This document shows positions 50,254-60,584 of a stretch of 64,000 nt of DNA, piece after piece. A program made the translations under genes and the position numbers. The stretch lies in IMG/VR virus record IMGVR_UViG_3300045988_153472. The stretch is one strand, 5' to 3'. Origin of the DNA: a virus. The notes under the pieces were generated by a model. It ran no database searches and had not been told where the DNA came from. It saw only the letters and a list, made by a program, of their open reading frames with translations. Every line of letters starts with the position of its first letter. The stretch's first letter is position 1.

Positions 50254-51030
50254 TATGTAATCTCCTCTATTTCTTTGCAAATCTTCTCTGCTATTTCTTT
50301 AGATATGTACTTCTGATTAAAGAATTCTTGTCCAATATCTGATCTAATTTGATATTTTTGATTATCTGGATTAGGTCTCCCTTCTCCATTTACAATTTGA
50401 GGCAACGAAGCAGTCTGAAGATAATCTATATAGTATAAATCCTCTTTTATGCTTCTTCGTTTCTCTCTAATCACTTTCCTAATTTTATATGCCCAATATC
50501 CAGAAGTAACATTCAGTTTATTGAATTCTATATAGTGATCAAGATCCTGAGATATAAGCTCCAGTTCCTTTAGCTGTTTTTCTAAAGGTTTTCTATTACC
50601 TAATATTTCTTTAATAGGCAATATGCTGTCATCTATTTTCTTTTTATAATCACCAATCTCTACAAGAGATTTATTCTGCTGTACAAAACCAACTCTCTCA
50701 TCAACTGATGTTACTTTCCAAGGGGCGTATATGCTTAAATTTTTAGGAATTGTTGATATCCTGTTTAAAGCTTTCGGTACATTGTCAAACTTCTGAGCAG
50801 ATTTTAAATCCACCACATGAGGAGGACTTCCATGTTTAAATACCAAATAATTTCCAGGATATTTTTCACTTTCTAAAACATATCTCATTTTCCTCTTCCT
50901 TTTGTGATATATGTATTATAACATACTTCGTATTCTGTGTCAACAAGTTTTTTTACAAACTTGTTTATTGATTAAAACTGTTCTCCTTTCTCTTAACTTG
51001 CTCTAAGTATACCATAGTCATTTCACCTTG

Positions 51031-53067
51031 TCAACACTTTTTTACAAACTTGTTTAAAAATTCTTTTTCTGAAATTATCGGGACACCAAGCTGCATAGCT
51101 TTCACATTCTTGCTACTCTTTGACAATGTATCATTATTAATAAGGTAGTTAGTTTTTTTAGTTACTGATCCTGTGACTTTACCTCCAAGAGACTCTATTT
51201 TCTCTACTAGAGCTGCTCTATTGGCAAACTCGGTGAGTGTCCCAGTAATACAGAATATTGCCCCATTCAAAACATCTTTTACCGTCTCCTGAGAAATTTC
51301 TTCAAACTGGAATTCCGCAGCAAGCTCAGTTATGTATCTTTGATTTTCTTCAAAATAATTTTTCAAAGAAGAAGCTTTCGCAAAACCAAAGTCTTCCAAA
51401 CATGTAAAATCATACTGAGAATCCATATCTTTAATAAAGCTATCAAAAGCTGTTTTTAACCCTTTTTCTCTTGCTCTCTTCTCTTCAACAATGTTTAGCT
51501 GCTTACTAACACTTCGACCGATTAAAGGTATGGACAGCCCATAAAGGAATTTAGGCAGAGTTGTCTTGCGGCATTTTTCTATTGATTCCAGGATTTTATC
51601 AACCTTTTTTGCTCCTAGCCCTTGTAATGTCACTAACATTCCCCGGCAGTCTTTTAGATAAAATAAGTCTAAAGGCCCTTTAATAAATTCTTTCTCTATT
51701 AATAGACTCAGAGTAGATTTAGAAAGCCCTGTAATATCATGTGCTTCTTTGCTTACAAAAGTACATAATTCACCAAGAAGTTTCCCTTTACATTCAAGGT
51801 TCATGCACTGAAGCTCTTCTGTCTCATTTTCACCTGTAATTTTTACATGACCACCACAAATAGGGCACTTGTCAGGCACAGTAAACAATTTGTCACCGTT
51901 TCTGGTCAAATTCTCTGCGATCTGCGGAATGATCATGTTTGCCTTATATACCGTAATCGTATCTCCTACTGACAGTTCATAACTTTTGAAAATACTCACA
52001 TTATGTAAGCTAGCTCTTTCAACAATAGTATCATCTATTTCAACCGGATCAAAAACTGCCACAGGTGTCAACTGTCCAGTCTTTCCCATGCTCCATTCCA
52101 CATCTCTAATTACTGTTTCAAACTTATCATCTGCAAATTTATATGCCAATTGTGATCGAACATGATGTGATGTGTTTCCTAAGCTTTCACTATAATCAAT
52201 ATCATCATATGAAAATACGATTCCATCAATAGGAACATCTTTTTCTCTTGCGGTTTTTCTAAGTTCTTTAATATTCTCTTCAATATTATCAACTTTTACC
52301 CAAGGGACCACTTCAAATCCTAACAGATCTAATATCTGTAATCTTTTCATGAAACTATTTCCATCTATTCCACGAACGGCCTTCCAAGCAATGAACTTGA
52401 TTTTTCTTTCTTTTGTAACGGAGTTATCAAGCTGTCTAACAGAGCCAGCAGTTAAATTTCTGATATTCTTAATACCATTATCTTTAATATATTTTTCTAA
52501 TTCTTCACCAAAAAGTCCCTTTCTTTCTCCATCTTTTTTCAGATCAATATCTTTTAGCTCTTTAAGATAAGTATAATGATGGATTTCCATGACAGCTTCT
52601 CCATCAACTACTACTTCATCTTTATAAGGAATTTCCTTTGGAAGATTTACAAAACTGTTTGCTGTATGTAAAACATTCTCTCCGATGATTCCATTCCCTC
52701 TAGTTTCTGCAGCAACCAATTTACCATCTATATATTTTACTGAAATAGTAAGCCCATCCATTTTTAGCATGGCTAATCCTGGCAAACCATTCATAAAACT
52801 TTCAACTTCATTTATATCCTTTGTTTTGTCTAAGGACAACATTGGATGATCATGTTCGACTTTTTCTAACTCACTAACTGTTTCTGAGCCAACATTGATA
52901 GTGGGACTGTTGGCTAAAATAATACCTGTAACTTTCTCAAGTTCTTTAAGTCGATCATATTTTTTATCATATTCATAATCAGAAATTAGAGAAGTATCTT
53001 CCATATAATACGCATGAGCATATATATTTAATTCTTCCACTAATTCACGCATTTCTTTTAAAAGCAC
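51031..53067 (-). CDS. ligA: NAD+-dependent DNA ligase
   Basis: 678 aa. Adenylation motif LKMDGLTISVKY (KxDG), Zn-finger CPICGGHV...C...C, and a C-terminal BRCT-like region (IFCITGTL...). Confidence 0.8.
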   Translation of the reverse strand: MLLKEMRELVEELNIYAHAYYMEDTSLISDYEYDKKYDRLKELEKVTGIILANSPTINVGSETVSELEKVEHDHPMLSLDKTKDINEVESFMNGLPGLAMLKMDGLTISVKYIDGKLVAAETRGNGIIGENVLHTANSFVNLPKEIPYKDEVVVDGEAVMEIHHYTYLKELKDIDLKKDGERKGLFGEELEKYIKDNGIKNIRNLTAGSVRQLDNSVTKERKIKFIAWKAVRGIDGNSFMKRLQILDLLGFEVVPWVKVDNIEENIKELRKTAREKDVPIDGIVFSYDDIDYSESLGNTSHHVRSQLAYKFADDKFETVIRDVEWSMGKTGQLTPVAVFDPVEIDDTIVERASLHNVSIFKSYELSVGDTITVYKANMIIPQIAENLTRNGDKLFTVPDKCPICGGHVKITGENETEELQCMNLECKGKLLGELCTFVSKEAHDITGLSKSTLSLLIEKEFIKGPLDLFYLKDCRGMLVTLQGLGAKKVDKILESIEKCRKTTLPKFLYGLSIPLIGRSVSKQLNIVEEKRAREKGLKTAFDSFIKDMDSQYDFTCLEDFGFAKASSLKNYFEENQRYITELAAEFQFEEISQETVKDVLNGAIFCITGTLTEFANRAALVEKIESLGGKVTGSVTKKTNYLINNDTLSKSSKNVKAMQLGVPIISEKEFLNKFVKKC

Positions 53068-53419
53068 TCTTCTTCCTCCATTTTATACAATATAACATAA
53101 TCTTTACCATGAACAAATTTTTCCCCTTCTCCAACTGGAACCTCTTCATAAAGCTTCGGCTCCAGTCTTATGTAGGAATCTCCGGTTTCTACTCTTACAA
53201 CATCTCCCTCTTCATATATATTTTCAATTACAAAGTTCATCCACCCCATTTCCATGCCATTTATGTGACAAATTAATCCAATTCTCTCCTCAGTTCCAAA
53301 ACATTCATAAAGTCTCTCTAACACTGCAATCCCTCCAATGTTCGAACGCTTGTTCGCTTGTTATGTTTAAATATTACCACACACAGCAAATTAAGTCAAT
53401 CTATGTGTGGTATTATCTA

Positions 53420-54331
53420 TTATAAATAACTATAAAATTTATTTTTAAGAGTTCCTTTGCCATAAGAACTTATATTATAATTTGAACTAACCATTTCAAC
53501 ATACTGGCTTTCAAAGATATCTTCCTTAGAAACATTATATTTCTTCATTATTTCTCTAAACTGCTCTACAATTCCGGCTGTATAGAGTCGAGGAATAGTC
53601 AGATACGGAATATTAAGCTCTTTTCTAAGCGCAATTAACCTATTTGTCAGTCTTAGATTTAAAGCTTCTAATGAATCACTACGTGTATTATTCCTGGAGT
53701 TAACAATATTCCCCTTCATACTTAATAAAGAAGCAGTTCCAGTAAAAGATATATACTCCTCCTCTTGTGAACTAACTTTAGCCAAGTCTACCAGCGTCTC
53801 TGACAAAGTTTTTTCCTCTCCGTTTTCGAAAGTAAGGATATTACCATTCAACTTACTTATTTTAGCTCTTAAAAGCTCACCGGGGGCTTCTGTTCTTACT
53901 CCTTCAAACAAAGCCAGAATTAAAAATTTATCAGAATAGTTTCTAATTTTAGAAATATCCTTTAAAACCTGTTCTCTGCTGGGACACACCGCTCTCTCCT
54001 TATTAAGATATTTCTGTAGACTTTCAATTTCCATATTTATTTCATCATAGTGATTTATGTTGTCTATAGATATGTTGCAGGAACAACACCAGTCAGCATA
54101 TTTCCGTAAAACACTTATATTTTTCCTTAAGGCATTTATTGATGAGGCTGCAAATGTAGACAACAATTTATCTATTTCAGAAAAAGTAAAATCACATAAG
54201 TCCTTGTTAAGTAAGTCCTCATAGTCTTCCGTTTTGTTAAAAAGAGCTTTCGCACTTTGTGGAGTTTGTCCGAGATCTTCTACTACATGTCGCAGATATT
54301 CTTTCTTCCGTTCTTCATTATACATAATCAC
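53420..54331 (-). CDS. Degenerate tyrosine-recombinase-like protein
   Basis: Retains a box-I-like segment (LFEGVRTEAPGELLRAKISKLNGNI). In the expected box II position it reads TIPRLYTAGI, with no H-x-x-R ... H motif. Confidence 0.3.
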   Translation of the reverse strand: MIMYNEERKKEYLRHVVEDLGQTPQSAKALFNKTEDYEDLLNKDLCDFTFSEIDKLLSTFAASSINALRKNISVLRKYADWCCSCNISIDNINHYDEINMEIESLQKYLNKERAVCPSREQVLKDISKIRNYSDKFLILALFEGVRTEAPGELLRAKISKLNGNILTFENGEEKTLSETLVDLAKVSSQEEEYISFTGTASLLSMKGNIVNSRNNTRSDSLEALNLRLTNRLIALRKELNIPYLTIPRLYTAGIVEQFREIMKKYNVSKEDIFESQYVEMVSSNYNISSYGKGTLKNKFYSYL

Positions 54332-55536
54332 ACCTCCTCAAATAAAGCTTTTATTTTATTTACTTTCATGTTTGTAACACTATTAATAATCGGCACATCT
54401 TTTCCTAATGCACTTTCTATTTTTTCTGCACATTCATATGCATCCTTTGAGATAGATGAACCATATAACACTACTGGCATAGTGGTGTCATCAAATACAA
54501 CATCTGGATTATTCTCTTGAACTATCTTCAAAATATTTATGATAAATACCGCAGTTTTGATACACTGACTCCGGTTCATATTTTTAGTTTTAAGAATAAA
54601 CTCCAATAATGAAAACAAAGTAGCTCTGTCTATTTCTCCTCTATGTGCTCTTTCAATTTTACCTCTTACTGGACTATCCAATGTGTTGTTTAGTTTGTCA
54701 ATAATTATATTAGTAGGAGACGACTTATCCATAGAAGCTAAGTAACTTTTAGAAATCTTATTTCTCTTATCTTCCTGCTCAATATACTGACATGCTTTGT
54801 CTTCTGTAAAATTCATGATATTCAGAATAAAATTAAACTGAAAATCAGGATTCTTAATTTTCGTGTTTATTGCAGCTCTAAACCGGTGAAAACCATCAAT
54901 GATATCAAATTTACCAGAATTAAGTATCAATTCTGATCCAACAATATCAAAATCTACCTCTGGATCATCAACATTGAGATTAAGAGTTAAAGCATTGGGT
55001 ACAAATTCTCCCTTGCTCATTAAACCTTCAATAGCTTTTACTGATGAAGAAACTATATCAATTGTATATGATACATCTTGTCCTCTACGTCTCTGTTTAA
55101 GTTGACGCTGAGTCCTTGGATTGTATATTATAAGCTGGTTATCATAAAACTCTTTTAGTAAATCAATACTTATTTTTGTCACCCATTGATCTTCAGCTAT
55201 CTCTATCACTGGACTTATTCTTATTGGATAAATATCTGTTTTTAAATAATCTGCCTTTAGGCTCGAAAATCTTACTATTTCCTTATCAGAAAAATATGTT
55301 TTCATTTCCATATTTGCCCTAAAAACATTATTAAACGCATCAATAAGCCAATACATTTCATTGTCTGGAATCTCATCTTTACTTTTCGCTCCAATGATAT
55401 ACTGCATATATTCAATATCTGAATATTCATATTTTTTCATAAGAAATTTTTGTACTTCTCTCTTGTAATATGAATTTTTCTGGATTTGAGAAAAATACTT
55501 ATCCAGTATCTCATACAGGTTTTCACTTCTTAACAT
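54328..55536 (-). CDS. DGQHR/DGQQR-motif ParB/Srx-superfamily protein (DndB- or DUF262-like)
   Basis: The motif IIDGFHRFRAA sits in the expected ParB-like position. 402 aa. The ATGA overlap with the downstream gene suggests an operon. Confidence 0.45.
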   Translation of the reverse strand: MLRSENLYEILDKYFSQIQKNSYYKREVQKFLMKKYEYSDIEYMQYIIGAKSKDEIPDNEMYWLIDAFNNVFRANMEMKTYFSDKEIVRFSSLKADYLKTDIYPIRISPVIEIAEDQWVTKISIDLLKEFYDNQLIIYNPRTQRQLKQRRRGQDVSYTIDIVSSSVKAIEGLMSKGEFVPNALTLNLNVDDPEVDFDIVGSELILNSGKFDIIDGFHRFRAAINTKIKNPDFQFNFILNIMNFTEDKACQYIEQEDKRNKISKSYLASMDKSSPTNIIIDKLNNTLDSPVRGKIERAHRGEIDRATLFSLLEFILKTKNMNRSQCIKTAVFIINILKIVQENNPDVVFDDTTMPVVLYGSSISKDAYECAEKIESALGKDVPIINSVTNMKVNKIKALFEEV

Positions 55537-55576
55537 TTTGCAACCTCCTTTCTTGTATTATATCATTGTTTAGAAC

Positions 55577-56584
55577 TTATTTCAATAAACTATTTACATA
55601 TTTAGCAGCTTCAGCATTAATGGGCTTTCGAACGATGTATCTTTGTGTCGTGTCAGGCCGAGAATGATTCATTAATTGCTGTACATATGCAATGTCTCCT
55701 GTCTGATCATATAATAATGTAGCAAAAGTACTTCTAAATTTATGAGGAGTAATATGTTTTTCAAAATCTGCGGTATATGCCTTAACTAAATCTCTCACTG
55801 ATTTGTCAGTGATTCTTGTTCGTCTGTTAGAAATAAAAAGAGCATTACAATCTCTTTTATTCAAAAGTTCTGCACGTTTTATTACCCAATTTCTTAAAAT
55901 ATCCATACTATCATCATCAAGTTCACATTCATAAGTGTTTCTGCGCTTATCAGTAACCCTAATAATCTTCTGATCCCAGAATATATCTTCCATATTAAGT
56001 TCTGTAAGCGCAGTAACACGAATACCAGTTACCATAAGAAGAGTAAATATAGCAAGGTTTCTTTCCTTCCATGCTTCTCTTCTTGCGTTGGCCCTTTTTG
56101 TACCAATAGAATTATCATTTATTCTTTCAACAACTTTTTTCAACTCTGCAGCTGTCATTGCAACCTGTTTAAGCGGATCTTTTACAGAAACTCTTTTTAT
56201 GCCACAATCAAAAGGGTTCTCTGAAATCATTTTCCTACTTAACAAATAATCAGCAAATGATTTTAATGCCGTATAAGTAGTTGCTTTAGCACTATCTGAA
56301 CTGTATCCTCCATCTCTTCCTCTTAAACAAGAGAGATAAGAGTTTACATTGTCAATAGTCATCGCTCCATTACAATCTTCTATTGACTCTATAAACCCGT
56401 TTTCTTTCAAATAGTTCATAAACCTAACAGCCGTCATAGTATAATTTTGCGCAGTAAGATATTCGCATGAATTGAATAGACCATTATAATAACCAGTGAA
56501 ATATTGTGGCTTATCCCTAAGCAATGCTCTCATCTTGCTTTCTGATTTATATTTATGTTCTTCTCTTCCTTTCATGCAATTCAC
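55577..56584 (-). CDS. Tyrosine recombinase (XerC/D- or phage-integrase-like)
   Basis: C-terminus HKFRSTFATLLYDQTGDIAYVQQLMNHSRPDTTQRYI (H-x-x-R ... H ... Y) and an upstream LRxxEL-type box I (GIRVTALTELNMEDI). Confidence 0.8.
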   Translation of the reverse strand: MNCMKGREEHKYKSESKMRALLRDKPQYFTGYYNGLFNSCEYLTAQNYTMTAVRFMNYLKENGFIESIEDCNGAMTIDNVNSYLSCLRGRDGGYSSDSAKATTYTALKSFADYLLSRKMISENPFDCGIKRVSVKDPLKQVAMTAAELKKVVERINDNSIGTKRANARREAWKERNLAIFTLLMVTGIRVTALTELNMEDIFWDQKIIRVTDKRRNTYECELDDDSMDILRNWVIKRAELLNKRDCNALFISNRRTRITDKSVRDLVKAYTADFEKHITPHKFRSTFATLLYDQTGDIAYVQQLMNHSRPDTTQRYIVRKPINAEAAKYVNSLLK

Positions 56585-56585
56585 C

Positions 56586-57302
56586 TCACCATCTAAATTT
56601 GTGGTCTAATCCACTTCCACTAATTCCATGTTTATTTCTTTGTTCAAGGATTTCTTTTCTTACTTTTTCATGCTTTGAATGAAAATAAGCTGCTGCTACC
56701 GCCCACATTGTTATCAGTAGACTCAAACCAGAAAGTCCAGCCATTAACAGTACAAATGATATTATTCCTAATATAACTATAGTCTTTGCATCAGACTCGT
56801 CCCAAACATCTACATGCTTTGCTGCCTTGGAATCAGGATCACTTGTTTCCCCCCATGTCCATGGATTCGGCAAAGGTATTGGCTCATAGTCATCCCTCAC
56901 TACAGCAATAGGGAATGGATAAGCTTCTTCCATTTCAAAATCTAATGAGTCTACTTCTACTCGGACAGTACAATTGGGATGATAGTTCCAAACCTTATTT
57001 CCGGTTCTTACTACTTGAAAAGTTCCTTGCTGACCGGGCCTCAGTGCTTTTTCTGTCAGCTCAACTTCTTCATGTATAGGATATAGATTGAACCCGTATT
57101 TTTCATCCCAATTGTTTTTATTGTCTTCAGTAACTTTGAGCAATAATAAACCTGTATTTTGCTTTGCGTCTGTCATTTGTACCGGAGGCCATTTAGCATA
57201 TTCATGCGCACTTTCATAAATTTCTTCCAATGTTTTGCCAGGTACCCTATATGTCCAACCTGGCTTCATATCTCTTACTTTAACTTTCTTTCCCAAATTC
57301 AC
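56586..57302 (-). CDS. Hypothetical protein with C-terminal TM anchor, first gene of the recombinase cassette
   Basis: 238 aa with a TM segment IVILGIISFVLLMAGLSGLSLLITMWAVAAAYF. The stop abuts the recombinase start. Confidence 0.4.
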   Translation of the reverse strand: MNLGKKVKVRDMKPGWTYRVPGKTLEEIYESAHEYAKWPPVQMTDAKQNTGLLLLKVTEDNKNNWDEKYGFNLYPIHEEVELTEKALRPGQQGTFQVVRTGNKVWNYHPNCTVRVEVDSLDFEMEEAYPFPIAVVRDDYEPIPLPNPWTWGETSDPDSKAAKHVDVWDESDAKTIVILGIISFVLLMAGLSGLSLLITMWAVAAAYFHSKHEKVRKEILEQRNKHGISGSGLDHKFRW

Positions 57303-57849
57303 CTTACCTTTCCTTGGTACAAAAAGATGGTTATTTACAGTTTATAGTATTTATGTAGTTTTTTCAATAGGTCTCCATCCTACAACACACTTATCTGTCC
57401 AATTTCTCCATTCATAATTTCCATATTTCCCTTTAACCATCATATCTTTTCTTATAGCTCCATCTTTTAAAAGAATTTCTACTTCCTTATACAGTTCAGG
57501 AAAGTCTCCCCATTCTGTGTGCCAACTCGTATTTTTACCTTCTCTACCTTTCAATTCTATTTAGCATTTATTTCTTATAGGGCTCACTGTTATATTTCCA
57601 TGCTGTTATTTCTACTCTAACTTCATCGTCGGTTAACGACCAATACCAATCTCCATCATTTCTATACGCAAATGCATCACAATAAGGCTCATGATCGTTA
57701 TATCCAATATATGTTACTTGTACATCTTCCATATCATCTGGTAATAAACCAGTACTAATGGGAGTCCAACTATTATTTTTCATATTAATCTCCATTCCGC
57801 CGCTTTGCGGCGGCACAAATAGTGATGAAAGATTTCTCTTTCCCCTACA

Positions 57850-59450
57850 CTGTGCAATAATAGTTTCAAGAAGCTATACTACAAAGCACGGGAGGAGGAG
57901 TTGTAGAAACCTTTCTCGTTTTAAGACAGCATATTAATCAGTGTAAGTTCTGCCTTTTCAAGCACAAATGAGCGGCATCACGAATCCGTACACTAAGAAT
58001 TGTTTAAACGCCTTGATTTAATTGTGTGGCAGTTCAGTCAATGGCTTCTTATCTTTTTACGAAAGGAGCGTTTGCTTATGAAAGTCACTTTTCAAACTTG
58101 TTGTGGCGTCGATGTTCACAAATCTTTTCTCGTTGCCACAATCATCAAAACATCCAGCGGCATTGAACCTTCCTATCAGAAAAGACGTTTTTCTACTTTC
58201 AACAATTCTATTCTTGAATTCAAGAAGTGGTTGCTTGAAAATGAATGCCTCTATGTCTGCATGGAATCCACTGGTAAGTACTGGATCCCTGTCTTCAATC
58301 TTCTTGAAGATGAAATCAATGTTACTATTGCTAATCCCAAGTGGGTTAAAGCTGTTAAAGGTAACAAGGATGACACAAAGGATTCGAAATGGATTGGAGA
58401 TTTGTTCCGTTTAGGACTGGTAAGGGGCAGTTATATACCTTGCAAAAAAATCCGTATTTTACGTGAATTTACAAGGTATCGCTACAAGCTTGTTTCCTGC
58501 CGTTCCAGTGAAAAGAATCGGTATCAGAATGCGCTTACTGTTTGTAATGTCGCATTAGACTCTGTTGTTTCCGATATCTTTGGGAAGTCATCCACATCCA
58601 TCATTGACTACCTTTTAGGGCAGTCTGGAACTTCTATTGACCATGAAGTGATTGCATCAAAACTTCTTAAGCGCCTCAAAGCTAAAGAAGATGCTGTTAT
58701 TGAATCCATTGAAGGATATCAGATGACTGATTCCCAAAAATATCGTATGCACCTCGTCCGTGCACATATGGATTATATCACAGCTGCGATCAATGATGTA
58801 GATTCTGAAATTGAATCTTTAATCTCTTCTGATCCTGATTATGAAAATGCTGTCGAGTTACTCTGTACCATTCCGGGTGTTAAATATGATAGTGCAATCA
58901 CCATCATCTCCGAAATCGGTATTGATATGTCTCAATTCTGTTCCTCTAAACGTTTATGTTGCTGGGCTGGATTAACTCCTGGCAGCAATGAATCTGCGGG
59001 TAAGAAGAAATCTGTTCGGATTACACGTGCCGGTGTCTACCTCAAACCTGCATTAGTACAGTGTGCCCATGCAGCCGTGAAATCTGACAAATCCCCTTAC
59101 TACAAAAAGAAATATGAATCTCTTGTAAAACGTCGTGGTAAGAAACGAGCTATCATTGCAATCGCAAGAATGATTCTCACTGCAATCTTCCAGATGTTAA
59201 CAACTGGAGAAACTTGGAATCCCTGCGATCTTTACAAAATCGATATGCCTGAAGCTTTACTGGAAAAGCAAAAGCAAAAGGCAATCAAACAAGCTCAGAA
59301 ACTGCTAATTCGTGAAGGTTTATTGCCTCCAACCGAACCAATAGCTTCTTGATTTTTGATTACTACATATTGCTTTCTAAAAGTTGCCTTTACAGGTAGC
59401 TTGTTTCAGTGCGCCACTTTTTGGCTGCCCTCTACTTTCTTTCACACTAT
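57850..59450 (+). mobile_element. IS110-family insertion sequence (boundaries approximate)
   Basis: Single plus-strand gene in a minus-strand block, with locally higher GC than its surroundings. A GC-rich hairpin CCGCCGCTTTGCGGCGG lies at about 57798-57814. Confidence 0.5.
58078..59352 (+). CDS. IS110-family transposase
   Basis: N-terminal DEDD-type domain MKVTFQTCCGVDVHKS...; C-terminal transposase_20-like region (...LCTIPGVKYDSAITIISEIGIDMSQF...). The start was taken at the ATG after an AAAGGAG RBS rather than at the upstream ORF start. Confidence 0.8.
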   Translation: MKVTFQTCCGVDVHKSFLVATIIKTSSGIEPSYQKRRFSTFNNSILEFKKWLLENECLYVCMESTGKYWIPVFNLLEDEINVTIANPKWVKAVKGNKDDTKDSKWIGDLFRLGLVRGSYIPCKKIRILREFTRYRYKLVSCRSSEKNRYQNALTVCNVALDSVVSDIFGKSSTSIIDYLLGQSGTSIDHEVIASKLLKRLKAKEDAVIESIEGYQMTDSQKYRMHLVRAHMDYITAAINDVDSEIESLISSDPDYENAVELLCTIPGVKYDSAITIISEIGIDMSQFCSSKRLCCWAGLTPGSNESAGKKKSVRITRAGVYLKPALVQCAHAAVKSDKSPYYKKKYESLVKRRGKKRAIIAIARMILTAIFQMLTTGETWNPCDLYKIDMPEALLEKQKQKAIKQAQKLLIREGLLPPTEPIAS

Positions 59451-59454
59451 TCTC

Positions 59455-59643
59455 CTATGTAACTAACCCAAACTCTTTAATAAGTCTCTGCACAACCATC
59501 CGGTTACATTTCTTATAAGCAATAGACAATGTTTTCTTTACACCTTCTTTCTTATAAATTGAATGTCCACCAGTACAATGATCTAGTTCCCAGCCATTCT
59601 TTAGAATGATTCTCTCAACTTCTCTTCTGTTATAAGTTTTCAT
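59455..59643 (-). CDS. hicA: HicA-family mRNA interferase toxin
   Basis: 62 aa. ...GWELDHCTGGHSIYKKEG...LIKEFGL matches the HicA G-S/G-H-x-x-Y core and LGL-type C-terminus. Confidence 0.6.
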   Translation of the reverse strand: MKTYNRREVERIILKNGWELDHCTGGHSIYKKEGVKKTLSIAYKKCNRMVVQRLIKEFGLVT

Positions 59644-59741
59644 ATTTCACCTTCTTTCATTTAAATATCCATTCAATAATAACTCTTGCTATAACTCCTA
59701 TTAAAAAATACTGCAATTTTATCCCCTTATTTTTATTTGTA

Positions 59742-60584
59742 TTATAAGAAATATCCAACTGTTTTATCCTTTGGCTTTCCCCAAATAGATTCGTATAGAT
59801 ACTCTACCGTACTAGGTGCAATTCCATGATAGTTACACAATTCTTTAAATACTTCATATTTTGGTCTGGCATCAATATCTTCAATTATTTCTTCTAACGA
59901 AGTTTCAACATAATCAGAAGTAACACCATATCCAGGAATAGGTCCATACATATAATCTTTTAGCTCTTCATAAATTTCATCACTGTATTTATGACCGTTA
60001 TTATTTGATTCCTCTGATGTTAATATTGTTGCTCCAGTTTCTTCTGGTTCAGTTTCTTTAGACTCTTTTTTTTCGTCTTGAATAATTTCATCTGCCTTGA
60101 ACAGAATAATATTGTTCATATGCCACTGATAGTCATCATCAATACACGAATCAAATGAATTAACTTCGAATATATCATCATTGGTTATGTCAATGTCATA
60201 ATCATTAGCCATTTTAGCTGTAGACTCTAACATATGATTTTTACATTCTTCCAAAGTGCCAATCTTCTCTACATAGAATCCAACACCTTCGTAAGCATGA
60301 TGATAAATACAAAGATAATCTCCATCTTTTATTTCAATTTCATGAATAGTGTTAACATAGAATTCTCCATCTCCGTATGAATAATCAATTCGCATGATCT
60401 GGTCGTCGGATCCGTCTACATTTTTATATTCAAGCTCACTTATTACTTCTTCTCGGCTTTCCTCTGTTTCATTAATCAAGCTATCTATAACCCATTTATG
60501 AGCTTCAAAAGCAGTTTCAAAAAAGTAAAAATATGGTTCTCTATAATGTTCACTATCCAATGTACATAGTAAATATATCTTCAT
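59742..60584 (-). CDS. Hypothetical acidic protein upstream of hicA (HicB not recognisable)
   Basis: 280 aa with an acidic C-terminus. No RHH/HTH motif was seen. Confidence 0.3.
   Translation of the reverse strand: MKIYLLCTLDSEHYREPYFYFFETAFEAHKWVIDSLINETEESREEVISELEYKNVDGSDDQIMRIDYSYGDGEFYVNTIHEIEIKDGDYLCIYHHAYEGVGFYVEKIGTLEECKNHMLESTAKMANDYDIDITNDDIFEVNSFDSCIDDDYQWHMNNIILFKADEIIQDEKKESKETEPEETGATILTSEESNNNGHKYSDEIYEELKDYMYGPIPGYGVTSDYVETSLEEIIEDIDARPKYEVFKELCNYHGIAPSTVEYLYESIWGKPKDKTVGYFL

Noticed and set aside
59742-60584. Assigning the ORF upstream of hicA as HicB antitoxin
   Set aside because: No RNase-H-like HicB N-domain or RHH/HTH DNA-binding motif was recognisable by eye; left as hypothetical.
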